From positions 62,001 to 126,000 of the IMG/VR virus record IMGVR_UViG_3300034072_001021: a stretch of 64,000 nt of DNA, one strand, 5' to 3'. Shown piece by piece: positions 1 to 9,006 of the stretch (position 1 is its first letter; each line of letters begins with the position of its first letter). The translations under genes and the position numbers were made by a program. The notes under the pieces were generated by a model. It saw only the letters and a list, made by a program, of their open reading frames with translations. It was not told where the DNA came from and did no database searches.

Positions 1-24
1 TCAAATACAACTGAGGTATCAACG

Positions 25-237
25 ATGTCCGAAGCACACATTGAAGCAATGGAAGTCCTCAAACGTAAGAAGCAAGAGTACCGTGCTACGCGTCAAGGAG
101 TCCATCAATCCTCTGGCAGAACAACGGTGCATAATCCCAATGCAGTGGCCGAGTGTCAGCTCCTGCTTCTGGAGATCACCTATCTGGAAAGTCGGATACT
201 CTCCTTGTCCAACATGGACTTGGACTTCATAGTCTGA
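25..237 (+). CDS. hypothetical protein (70 aa)
   Basis: ATG preceded by GAGGT RBS; followed directly by a terminator hairpin. Confidence 0.6.
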   Translation: MSEAHIEAMEVLKRKKQEYRATRQGVHQSSGRTTVHNPNAVAECQLLLLEITYLESRILSLSNMDLDFIV

Positions 238-244
238 CACGGCA

Positions 245-288
245 TAGAGAGGAGCCCTAGGGCTCCCCTCTAGCTATTTCTTTTTTTG
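245..288 (+). terminator. intrinsic terminator, probably bidirectional between convergent genes
   Basis: TAGAGAGGAGCCC/GGGCTCCCCTCTA stem followed by TTTCTTTTTTT. Confidence 0.75.
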
Positions 289-289
289 T

Positions 290-2467
290 TTAGAACAGCA
301 CGCTTCCTGCAGCTGCCAGCAACTCACCCACTCCAATCACAGCGCCTTTGGCAACCTTGCCAGCAACACTCCCAACGGTCTTGACCGCATCGGTCAATGC
401 ACCCTCCATCCCCTCATCAGCAGAAAGATCCACTGCATCCTCAGGCATCATCTCACGCAACTGATCAATGAACTTCTCACCATCATCCAATGTGGCAGAG
501 GGGTTCTCAATCAGGTTCTCAAGAGATGTCTCCAAATCGTCCGGAGTCTTGACGCCCAGGATTGCAGCGACCTGTTCTTTAGACCATTGCAGAATGTCTT
601 TGGAGCGAGTCGATACGTTGGGCTCTTCGCCTGTATCGAGGAATACGTCAAACACATCGCAGCGATGTACCTGACCTACCCGATCAACACGAGCGATGGT
701 CTGAGTCCGTTCGTAGTCACGGAATGGCGAGTTAGTGAAGACCAGGGTGTTGGCCATCACCAAGGGCATTGCTGTCGACAACGACTTGAAGGTAGCGATC
801 AGGGGGTTGATATCCTCACTCTCACCAAACTTCTTGATGATTGCTGGGAGATCTTTGTTGGTTTCACCATAGACCAGAATCGGCTTGTAGCCTGCTTCAG
901 TCAACAGACGATCCAGTTCCTTGACCACTTCAACGTAGCTGGTGAAGATGACAGTCTTGCTCTTGGCATTGTCAATGATCCGATCCAGCGGAATCTTCGG
1001 CAGCATGTCCAGATGACACTGGATACGCATCTTGCCCAGAACCTGACTCAGCGCTTCGCCCATGACCTTGAGATCGACGTACTTGATGATCGCACGGACA
1101 TTCAAGAACGGTTTCCGGTAACGGTCTGGGAGAGAAGGTACGATGGTCTTCAGCTCGTAGCGATTACAGAACATCACCATATCCTTCATGGTGACTGGAT
1201 CATAACCCTTACGGATCTGCTTGATGTAGCCAGTGTAAAGGTTGAAGTCTTGGACACCTCGACCACTCAGTGACTTGGCATGAAGTTCCATGCAGGTCGC
1301 GTAGAGCTTTTCATACTCCGGCATTCCCTTACGGTAGAACTCCAGACGTTCTTTGATGAACGCCCCCATCTTGTCACGGACGCTGGCCAGCGTGTAGTCC
1401 TTACCATTGGAGATCGAGATCTTCTCCTCGTGGTAATCCACACCGGGTGTTTCGACTTCCTCTTTCAGTACCTTAAAGGAAACGATACCGATACGGTTAG
1501 CCAGAATCTCGTTGGCGCGCTTGGCTTCTTTGCCGAAGATCTTCTTGAACGCCATCTTGACTTCTGGTGTGAAGTCATTACAGATCGTGGTCAGGAGTGT
1601 GATTGCTTCGGAGCCAATGGCCTTGAACGGTGTACCGGAAGCATGGACGGTGTCGCGGGAATTCAGAACCTTGATCAGCTCGATGAGGAACGATGTACGG
1701 CCTGACTCTTCGTTGAAATTGTGCGACTCGTCGATCCCGGTGTACACCTTACCGAAGTTACCCGAATTGCGCTTGGCGAACTCAAGGAATTTCTCGAGGT
1801 AGTCGAAGTGGACAATGTAGTACTTCTTACCTGGAACAGGATCGGTACCACTCAGGCTGTGCCAGTAATCCACAGGACCTGACTTGAACAGGGTGTTGGC
1901 TGTCTTGACCCAGACATCGATGACCGAGTTCTTCGGCACGATGAACACGTTGGTATCTACACCGAGACAATGTCCCAACGCATAGTTGGTGATCGTCTTA
2001 CCACCACCGGCTGCCACGTCCATCAACATCCCTTTAAGGGAGTATTCCCACGTCGTACGGTCGTACAACTGTAAAAATTTAAGTTGATAGGTAAATAATG
2101 TGACATTCAGATCGTCAAGTGCCTTGTAGTTAAGGCGTGGTTTGAAGTCACCGGAGCCGATATTCCGCAACCAAGTGGAACGGAGTAACTCTTCATAGAT
2201 CCTTTGGAGTTGCCGACGGCCCACGTAAGTGCGACGAGACTGCATCAACTGTTCAATGATGTACAGTAGTTCGATGGCAAAGAACTTAGGCACTTTGACA
2301 TGGGAACGACCAACAGCAGTGAACATGTTGTTTGTGATCTTGCTCGTCTTCCAGTGGTTATACACGTCTTTTGCAAACCGCAGACCTGGGATTCCGTTCA
2401 CTATAATGTGAGAATCCGTCTCCTTTACGGAGATCAGTCCCAGCAGACGCGAAAAGTTTGCGTACAT
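290..2467 (-). CDS. superfamily II (SNF2/DEAD-like) helicase, phiKZ-type
   Basis: Walker A AAGGGKT, DESH motif II, SGTP, helicase-C motifs (KTVIFTSY, QTIARVDRVGQ). Start placed at MYANF after AGGAATATAGGA; the longer 4015 start in the track is antisense read-through. Confidence 0.85.
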   Translation of the reverse strand: MYANFSRLLGLISVKETDSHIIVNGIPGLRFAKDVYNHWKTSKITNNMFTAVGRSHVKVPKFFAIELLYIIEQLMQSRRTYVGRRQLQRIYEELLRSTWLRNIGSGDFKPRLNYKALDDLNVTLFTYQLKFLQLYDRTTWEYSLKGMLMDVAAGGGKTITNYALGHCLGVDTNVFIVPKNSVIDVWVKTANTLFKSGPVDYWHSLSGTDPVPGKKYYIVHFDYLEKFLEFAKRNSGNFGKVYTGIDESHNFNEESGRTSFLIELIKVLNSRDTVHASGTPFKAIGSEAITLLTTICNDFTPEVKMAFKKIFGKEAKRANEILANRIGIVSFKVLKEEVETPGVDYHEEKISISNGKDYTLASVRDKMGAFIKERLEFYRKGMPEYEKLYATCMELHAKSLSGRGVQDFNLYTGYIKQIRKGYDPVTMKDMVMFCNRYELKTIVPSLPDRYRKPFLNVRAIIKYVDLKVMGEALSQVLGKMRIQCHLDMLPKIPLDRIIDNAKSKTVIFTSYVEVVKELDRLLTEAGYKPILVYGETNKDLPAIIKKFGESEDINPLIATFKSLSTAMPLVMANTLVFTNSPFRDYERTQTIARVDRVGQVHRCDVFDVFLDTGEEPNVSTRSKDILQWSKEQVAAILGVKTPDDLETSLENLIENPSATLDDGEKFIDQLREMMPEDAVDLSADEGMEGALTDAVKTVGSVAGKVAKGAVIGVGELLAAAGSVLF

Positions 2468-2515
2468 TCCTATATTCCTTGTTACATCAGGGAGTAAAGT
2501 TAAAGAGGTCATAAG

Positions 2516-4093
2516 ATGACACAGAAAACCCAAGGTCAGGTCTCCGTGAAAGTACTGCTGAACGAGACCCAGAACTACCGCGCAAGCCTGGAAAGCCTCA
2601 TGGAACTCGGCCGTAGCCTGCTGAGCGTCCCGAGCCTGGAATCTTCTTCCGCCGACGCTTTCCAGAGCACTGCCGAACACATCCTGGAAGAAGCTGGTCA
2701 TCAAGAAGACCTTCAAGTGGTCGACGGCGTTGCTGAACCGGAAGCTCGTATCGAGCTGATCATGCAGGACGTCCTGGTTCCGCGCCTGACTGAAGTCGAG
2801 CAGATCGAGAAGTCTCTGGCTGAGAAAGCCGAAGACGAGATCCCCACTCCGTTCACCACCCGTGACGCTGAAACTGCAGCGGCCATGGAATCTCTGCAAT
2901 ACCGTACTGACATCCTGGACATCTTCGGCGAAAACATCCGCAACGTGAAGACCATTCTGTCCATGGAAGGTATGCCGGTGGACGTGGTTCGTCCGATGGT
3001 TGTCAGCATCGTCAAGCGAGCTGGTGAAGAAGCTGCTTCGTTCGGCGTCTCGCTGGAAAGCGTTGAGCAGACCCAGGTTCTGGGCGAAATGGCCGATGCT
3101 GTTCAACGTATCGAACAACTCGTCGAGAAAGCTCACGAGACCACCACTGCTCAAGCCGAGCGCATTCGTTCCGAAGCCGAAGCTATCGGCAGTGACGGCC
3201 AGGACAAGATCGGCGATCTGATCGAACGTCATCGCGCCGACAATCCGAGCGGTGCACATCTGGCAGCCGGTACGTCGGTAACCACCGTGGCCAGCGACAA
3301 TGCGTCGTCCGATACTTCGGAAGAAGACAACCAGCTCGATGCTGGTGATGGTACCGATGAAGGTACTGACGATCTCGATGCTGGCGCCGAAGGTGCTGAT
3401 GAGTCGGCTGACGCCAATCTCGATCTGGACAACGCTGAAGGCGGCGATGACCTGGCCGGTCTCGATGATGCCGCTGGTGCTGAAGGTACTGGTGAAGCAG
3501 ACGACACCAGTGGCGATGCCGGTGACGATGTTGACAACGTCGATGATCTGTCCGGTGGTGACGCAAGCGATGACACCGGTAGTGCTGACGATACTTCCGG
3601 CGATGACCTGGGTGGCGATGACACTGGCACTGACGACAATGTCGAAGGTGCTGATGACGTAGCAGGCACGGATGATGTCGACAACGCTGAAGGTACTGAC
3701 GGTACCGAAGGTGGCGATGACACCGATAACCAGGAAGAGGAAGAAGAGGAGTCGGACAATAAGGACGACAACAAAGCTTCTATCGAATCCATGGTTGCTC
3801 CGGTCACCATCGAACAAGCCGACTATCGCATCGGTGACGAAGCTGACCAGATCCGTGGTCATGTCCTGAACCTGCTGGCTCTGCTGAATCAGAACGAAAT
3901 GCTGACCGAAGCTGGTCAAGTGGCCCTGTCCAACATCCAGGCCAACGAAGGTAATAACTTCGTCCTGACTTCCGACATGTTCACCGATCGTGCCGCCGAA
4001 GTCCTGATCCGTCATTACGACACCTGGATCGCTGCTGCATTCCGTGATGGTGAAGCCAACCTGCGTGGCATGAGCATCCTGCTCGATAGCTAA
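2516..4093 (+). CDS. probable internal head protein with acidic low-complexity linker
   Basis: Strong phage codon bias; many S/A-x-E motifs (SLE, AME, SME, SVE, SIE) like phiKZ prohead-protease sites; D/G/A-rich tract. Confidence 0.7.
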   Translation: MTQKTQGQVSVKVLLNETQNYRASLESLMELGRSLLSVPSLESSSADAFQSTAEHILEEAGHQEDLQVVDGVAEPEARIELIMQDVLVPRLTEVEQIEKSLAEKAEDEIPTPFTTRDAETAAAMESLQYRTDILDIFGENIRNVKTILSMEGMPVDVVRPMVVSIVKRAGEEAASFGVSLESVEQTQVLGEMADAVQRIEQLVEKAHETTTAQAERIRSEAEAIGSDGQDKIGDLIERHRADNPSGAHLAAGTSVTTVASDNASSDTSEEDNQLDAGDGTDEGTDDLDAGAEGADESADANLDLDNAEGGDDLAGLDDAAGAEGTGEADDTSGDAGDDVDNVDDLSGGDASDDTGSADDTSGDDLGGDDTGTDDNVEGADDVAGTDDVDNAEGTDGTEGGDDTDNQEEEEEESDNKDDNKASIESMVAPVTIEQADYRIGDEADQIRGHVLNLLALLNQNEMLTEAGQVALSNIQANEGNNFVLTSDMFTDRAAEVLIRHYDTWIAAAFRDGEANLRGMSILLDS

Positions 4094-4109
4094 TGTAGAA
4101 GATGAATCG

Positions 4110-4136
4110 CGAGGGTGGCAACACCCTCGTTGATTT
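4110..4136 (+). terminator. terminator-like hairpin
   Basis: CGAGGGTG-GCAA-CACCCTCG followed by TTGATTT, just after the stop at 4093. Confidence 0.6.
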
Positions 4137-4189
4137 GTAAGGACTTTTGCCCCCTATAGTGTGTAGAGTTCTGCTCTTTTACAATTTAG

Positions 4190-4575
4190 CTACATCAAGA
4201 ATGCGCTTAATTGCGTACTGTTCGGGTTGGATCATCCTCTGACCCTAATGCCACCTCTCGATAGGTTGCAGACTAGGTGAGAGGTAACCCCTCTCACCTC
4301 CCTATTCGTTGCCCCCGATGAACTCGTCGTGATAGTCGGGGTGGTTGCATGTTCCAGCATCCTGCTTAATCTCGCTACCGGTAGGCTCTGTTGGTAAACG
4401 ATGGCCGTTGACGCGTTGCTCCGGCCGCTGCCATAGCGTTCATTTGCATCCGGCTGTGTAAATGAGCGTGACAAGTGTAAGTGCCCGCTCCTCATTTCCA
4501 CTTGTCGTAAAGTGCAGCCTCCAGTGATCTTCTCTTCGCCTAGAGATTAGATCACTGGGGGAAGTACTTTATTAT
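4190..4575 (+). ncRNA. candidate highly structured non-coding RNA
   Basis: Intergenic stretch with at least 7 consecutive helices; non-Watson-Crick pairs are mostly G-U on the + strand; no convincing ORF. Confidence 0.5.
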
Positions 4576-4617
4576 GCCGTCTTCCAATATATGTACGTGT
4601 CATTGAGGAGGGTAATC

Positions 4618-4986
4618 ATGCTTACGCTGTACACGATTGCCATTCCTCAATGGAGGAAGGCTAAAGAAAAGAATATAGAGTTGTTCGACATCACTGTTAA
4701 GTCAGGTTATGAACCGTTTGCCCCGTATAAGGACGTACTGTACGCCTACAAGCGCGGCGAAGTAACTGACGACCAATATACCACCATTTATTTAGACAAG
4801 CTTAGAGCGCATTTTAGAGCCCGTCCAGAGGACTTTCAGAACCTATTGGAAAGAGATGCTCAATTAGCAATTGCTTGTTATTGTACTGCGGGTAAATTCT
4901 GCCATCGTCATTTGTTTATTCAGTTCATTAAGGAGATAGCTGAGGACAACGAGTACGACCTCGTCTATAACGGCGAAATAGTATGA
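4618..4986 (+). CDS. DUF488/YeaO-like protein
   Basis: GAGGAGG RBS before ATG 4618; FAPxxxxL...Y pattern and C-terminal LAIACYC...CHRHL typical of DUF488-like proteins. Confidence 0.55.
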   Translation: MLTLYTIAIPQWRKAKEKNIELFDITVKSGYEPFAPYKDVLYAYKRGEVTDDQYTTIYLDKLRAHFRARPEDFQNLLERDAQLAIACYCTAGKFCHRHLFIQFIKEIAEDNEYDLVYNGEIV

Positions 4987-5021
4987 CCGTTCCTTAAGCA
5001 ACCTCCCTATCTGAGGTCATT

Positions 5022-5576
5022 ATGGCTTGCAAGACTGATGGATTTAAATTTGATCCAGAGAAGACAGCGCTGGAGAATCTCTTTGCACTGATCTACCGGA
5101 CGAACCGTGTAGCACTCAATCCCAGCGTAGTGGACGTTGAGAACGTACGGCCCATGGAAGAAGATGAACACGGTGACAACACCATCATCTTGGTAAAGGC
5201 TAAGGCAGGTGGACGTCTCAAGGGTGAGAAGGATCTCTACTACGCTCGGGCAGATATCGACAACCATTACCCTGTGTTCCAGATCGATGCTGAAGAAACC
5301 ATCGGCATCAATGACAAGGACGCACTCATTGAGTATCTCGACAACAAGTTCAATCTGGTGGACGGTGAGTTCGATATCGACATCAACGAACCATTTGAAT
5401 CCTTGATGGCTCATACGTCGATTGACATTTACGCCAAAGACCAATCACTGATCTACATTGGTCGCAAGACCATTCACATCTTCTGGTCTGGCGGTATCCG
5501 CCGTATCACCGAAGAAGGCCAGCTACGAATTACCGAGGATGGCGAGATTCGCATTACCGGCGATTTGATCGTTTAA
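5022..5576 (+). CDS. putative virion structural protein
   Basis: GAGGT RBS; NTxILV...YxR pattern seen in phiKZ-like tail/baseplate accessory proteins; C-terminal RITExG x3. Confidence 0.6.
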   Translation: MACKTDGFKFDPEKTALENLFALIYRTNRVALNPSVVDVENVRPMEEDEHGDNTIILVKAKAGGRLKGEKDLYYARADIDNHYPVFQIDAEETIGINDKDALIEYLDNKFNLVDGEFDIDINEPFESLMAHTSIDIYAKDQSLIYIGRKTIHIFWSGGIRRITEEGQLRITEDGEIRITGDLIV

Positions 5577-5585
5577 TGACACACG

Positions 5586-5619
5586 GCATAGAGGGAGGGC
5601 TGATGCCCTCCCTCTATGC
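5586..5619. terminator. bidirectional hairpin between convergent genes (GCATAG...CTATGC family)
   Basis: Perfect 15-bp stem GCATAGAGGGAGGGC/GCCCTCCCTCTATGC. Confidence 0.7.
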
Positions 5620-5640
5620 GTTTATGCCGAAGGCATGGAC

Positions 5641-7818
5641 TTACGGAGCAGCCGGGTCCAGGTCTGCAGCAGCAGCGTCGAACGCAGCAGCCATCTGAGT
5701 CATCAGGTCACTGATGGCAGCAGTGTTGGCAGCGATAGCAGCGTCCTGGGCGTTCTGCTTGATCGACAGGGCAGCAGGAGTCACGAACTTGTCGGTAGAA
5801 GTACCGTCGATGACGTCCTGGTTGCTGGCGGTCAGGTCAGCAATGGTGCGACCTTGCAGTTTCGCCGAGTCCACGGCCTGGGCAGTGGCGTCCAGCTTGG
5901 TACCGATCTGGGTCATCAGGGTGTTGATGATGTCCGGATCGTTATTCAGCGCAGCAGCCAGCTCGTTGATGGTGTTCAGAGCTTCCGGTGCAGTGCCAGC
6001 CAGTTCGGCGATGGCAGCATCGATGGCGCCTTTCACGCTCAGCGAGGTGGTGTACTTGACATCGTCAGTACCAGCGATCACTTCAGCAGTGGTAGCTTTC
6101 GCCGCTACGAAGTTGTTGAACGCAGTCTGCAGAGCAGCCAGGTCAGTTGCAGCGCCGCTCTCGGCAGCTTCCACAGCCAGACGCAGCTGTTCCAGAACGG
6201 CGTCCAGAGCCTGCTGAGTCGGAGCCTGGGTGTCAGCATCCGGGAAGGTGACGGTGTTGGTACCGATGGCATCGCCAGCTTCCAGCTTGTCACCGATCTG
6301 GCCTTCCAGAGCAACGACGCGGCCGTCCAGAGCCGAGACAGCAGTATTGGTGCTGGCAATGGCGTTGGCGTTGGCAGTGGCCTGATCCTGCACACCCTGA
6401 ACGCTGGCTTGCAGAGCATCGCGTTCGCTGGTGATGCGGGCATCCAGCGCAGCGTCTTCCTGATCCAGACGCTCGACGATGGTCTTCAGGTTCTGAGCCG
6501 GGTTCTCACCGTCGGTAGCCAGTGCAACCGGGTTCAGACCCAGATCGCTTTCGCCAGCCTGCAGGAAGTTCGAACCTTCACCAACAGCAGCTTCCAGCGC
6601 ATCGATGCGCGCATCGATCGGAGTCAGGGCGGTGGCGATTTCAGCTTGTACCTGGGTCAGGTTCAGCTTGGTGTCGATGACGGTAACCAGAGCTGCAACA
6701 GCGTCTTCCTGGTTGGCCAGAGCGTCAGCCAGTTCCTTCAGGGTATCGAGGGCAGCCGGAGCGCCATCGACCACGCCGTTGATGGCAGCGTCAACCGCAG
6801 CCTTCAGGCCCAGGGCAGTGATGTACTTGGCATCGTCGGTACCGGCAACGGCTTCAGCCGAAGTGGCTTTGGCGGCGATGAAGTCGCTCAGTGCAGTCTG
6901 GACGGCAGTGATGGAATCGGCGTTGGTGCTGTCAGCAGCATTCAGAGCAGCGACCAGAGCGGTCAGAGTCTGACCACCGACGCTGTACTGACCGAAGTCA
7001 TCGGACTTCAGAACGACCTGGCTCAGGTCAACGCCAGCTTGCGCTTCGGCGATGATCTCGGCCTTGGTCTTGCCTTCGAGCTTGGCCGAGTCGGCAGCTT
7101 GTTCCAGCTTGCCGAGCTTGGAAGCCAGGCCAGAAGCCAGATCCGTACGGATAGCCGCTTCGCGACCGTCGGTGTAGGCATTGGCATCGGCTTCAGCAGC
7201 GTCTGCCTTGGCAGTGGCGTCGGTAGCAGCAGCAGCGATAGCAGCAGCCTGAGCAGCGTCGGCCTTGGCGGTGGCATCGTTGGCAGCGGTAACCAGAGCG
7301 GCAGCCAGATCGGTCTGCAGCTGGGCGATGGCAGCCTGGTTGTCACCGGCGATCTGCTGCAGAGCAGTCAGGGCATCGGGGTTGTTCTGCAGGGCAGCAG
7401 CCAGTTCCTGGATGGTGTCCAGGGTTTCCGGAGCGGTACCGACCTTGTCAGCCCAGAAGGCTTGCAGGTTGGCCGGGGTCAGGAACTTGTTGGTCAGCAC
7501 GCCAGCAACAGCTTCGACGTTGGTAGCGGTGCCGAAGTTGTCGACGTTACCCAGGCCGACTTGGGCCTTGGTTACGTTGTGCGGGTTGTCCTGGCGAGCG
7601 ATGAAGGCTTCGAATTCAGCGTTCAGGGCAGCCAGATCAGCAGCAGCGGCATCACCGATCAGAGCTTGTACTTCAGCGAGGGTCTTGCCACCCAGCTTGT
7701 TGGAGTCGAACGCTACGGCGTTGATGTCCAGCTTGCCATCGAGGCGACCACGAATGGCGGCGTTGAAGCTAGCCAGGGCGGTCAACAGATCCGTCAGTTT
7801 TTGAGCATCGAGAGACAT
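5641..7818 (-). CDS. tail-fibre-like virion protein (Ala-rich coiled coil, NPHxVTKAQVGL repeat)
   Basis: DNPHNVTKAQVGLGNVDN motif; repeated ATxxExxAGTDDxKY and APExLxTIxELAAAL units; DSxKLxG motifs. Confidence 0.8.
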   Translation of the reverse strand: MSLDAQKLTDLLTALASFNAAIRGRLDGKLDINAVAFDSNKLGGKTLAEVQALIGDAAAADLAALNAEFEAFIARQDNPHNVTKAQVGLGNVDNFGTATNVEAVAGVLTNKFLTPANLQAFWADKVGTAPETLDTIQELAAALQNNPDALTALQQIAGDNQAAIAQLQTDLAAALVTAANDATAKADAAQAAAIAAAATDATAKADAAEADANAYTDGREAAIRTDLASGLASKLGKLEQAADSAKLEGKTKAEIIAEAQAGVDLSQVVLKSDDFGQYSVGGQTLTALVAALNAADSTNADSITAVQTALSDFIAAKATSAEAVAGTDDAKYITALGLKAAVDAAINGVVDGAPAALDTLKELADALANQEDAVAALVTVIDTKLNLTQVQAEIATALTPIDARIDALEAAVGEGSNFLQAGESDLGLNPVALATDGENPAQNLKTIVERLDQEDAALDARITSERDALQASVQGVQDQATANANAIASTNTAVSALDGRVVALEGQIGDKLEAGDAIGTNTVTFPDADTQAPTQQALDAVLEQLRLAVEAAESGAATDLAALQTAFNNFVAAKATTAEVIAGTDDVKYTTSLSVKGAIDAAIAELAGTAPEALNTINELAAALNNDPDIINTLMTQIGTKLDATAQAVDSAKLQGRTIADLTASNQDVIDGTSTDKFVTPAALSIKQNAQDAAIAANTAAISDLMTQMAAAFDAAAADLDPAAP

Positions 7819-7835
7819 ACGTCACCTTTTTTGTC

Positions 7836-8309
7836 TTAAAGCGTAATGGAGTCGGTCATGTCGTTGATCACCTCAGTGATGTCGACAAGAGCCGTTTCGA
7901 ACTGGTCAACCAAGAGATAATCCGCTGCCGGTTTACCACCAAGGTTGCGCGCATCGTTTACAGTTCCCTGACGCGCTTCCTCGACAATCTCTTGTCGAGT
8001 ATAACCGTCCAATTTCAGGGAGTTGACAGCAATGCCGTCAATACCCAGCTTCTCTTCAAGAAGAGCCTGCACCTGTTCAATGGTGTAGGCGCCTACTTGT
8101 TCGGCAGTTACCTCGTTGGGGTTATCACGCCGAATAGCGTAAATGCTGAGGACATTATTGAGCGTGGTTCTGAACGATTTGCGTTCGAACCCCTCACCAC
8201 CATCGATACGAGTAGCGATCGTGATTTCAATACTGTCCTCACCGGACAACAGCTGCTGTTCAAGTAGAGGAAGCTGAGCAATCGTGGCTGTCAAGCTTTG
8301 ATTACTCAT
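7836..8309 (-). CDS. putative virion structural protein (tail-fibre associated)
   Basis: RDNPNEVTAEQVGAY and NSLKLDG motifs shared with the tail fibres; GAGG RBS. Confidence 0.65.
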   Translation of the reverse strand: MSNQSLTATIAQLPLLEQQLLSGEDSIEITIATRIDGGEGFERKSFRTTLNNVLSIYAIRRDNPNEVTAEQVGAYTIEQVQALLEEKLGIDGIAVNSLKLDGYTRQEIVEEARQGTVNDARNLGGKPAADYLLVDQFETALVDITEVINDMTDSITL

Positions 8310-8330
8310 GGGTTGTCCTCACTACAGCCG

Positions 8331-8909
8331 TTACTGAGGCTGCGGTTCCGAGTCGACGGGGGTCACATCGCCGTAATCAGGCCCGTCCAGCACTGGATTG
8401 ATTACGACATCAGCTAAAGGGAGTTCGGGTGCGCCTGCTTGCTGGATATCCACCATCAGTTCGCCGCGGAAAGCGTAGGAACCTGGCAGGGCGGTCAGCA
8501 TAACCGAAGTGTCTTCGACAACGACGCTGAAGTCGATGTCTTCTTCGGTGAAATCCAGGCCGTAGCGAGCGTTCAGAGCAGCAACGACGTCACCGGTGGT
8601 GGTGTAGGTGCCAGCCGGAACTTCAGGTACTTCGATACCGACGTTCAGGAACATCATGCCGATGTCCAGACGGTCGAAGAACACGACCTGCGGACCGCTG
8701 ATGCGGGTTTCAACGCCGTTGACCGACTTGATGATGCCTTCGGCATTGGCGACAGCCACTTGCACTTCGGCTTCTTTAGCCGGATTGGTGGACACTTCCA
8801 CCGGGCTGAAGGTCAGCTCGCCAGCGGCGAACTCGAAGCCTTGGCCACGAACGGCCTTGTTCACGGCTTCGAGGAAGACACCCCGGCCAGTTTTATCAGC
8901 AATACTCAT
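8331..8909 (-). CDS. putative virion structural protein
   Basis: GAGGA RBS before MSIADK; LNARYGLDFTEEDI and SYAFRGEL pattern of phiKZ-like structural paralogs. Confidence 0.6.
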   Translation of the reverse strand: MSIADKTGRGVFLEAVNKAVRGQGFEFAAGELTFSPVEVSTNPAKEAEVQVAVANAEGIIKSVNGVETRISGPQVVFFDRLDIGMMFLNVGIEVPEVPAGTYTTTGDVVAALNARYGLDFTEEDIDFSVVVEDTSVMLTALPGSYAFRGELMVDIQQAGAPELPLADVVINPVLDGPDYGDVTPVDSEPQPQ

Positions 8910-9006
8910 CTTTTCATCCTCGAGGTAAGATGTAATACAGTTTACATCACTGTACATAGGATGTCGGCATAAACCCCACAGCGCTTTCGCACTGTGGGGA
9001 GTGTGC

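Noticed and set aside
2468-4015. 516-codon N-terminal extension of the helicase ORF (1241 aa in the track)
   Set aside because: It is the antisense of the 2516-4093 gene; that gene's biased codon usage leaves this frame stop-free. A good RBS and ATG exist at 2467.
4190-4575. tRNA, tmRNA or RNase P RNA
   Set aside because: No cloverleaf, T-loop GTTCGA with CCA end, tag reading frame or GAGGAAAGTCC signature was found.
5635-7839. 734-aa + strand ORF
   Set aside because: Antisense shadow of the Ala-rich tail-fibre gene; S/G/V-rich composition with no motifs.
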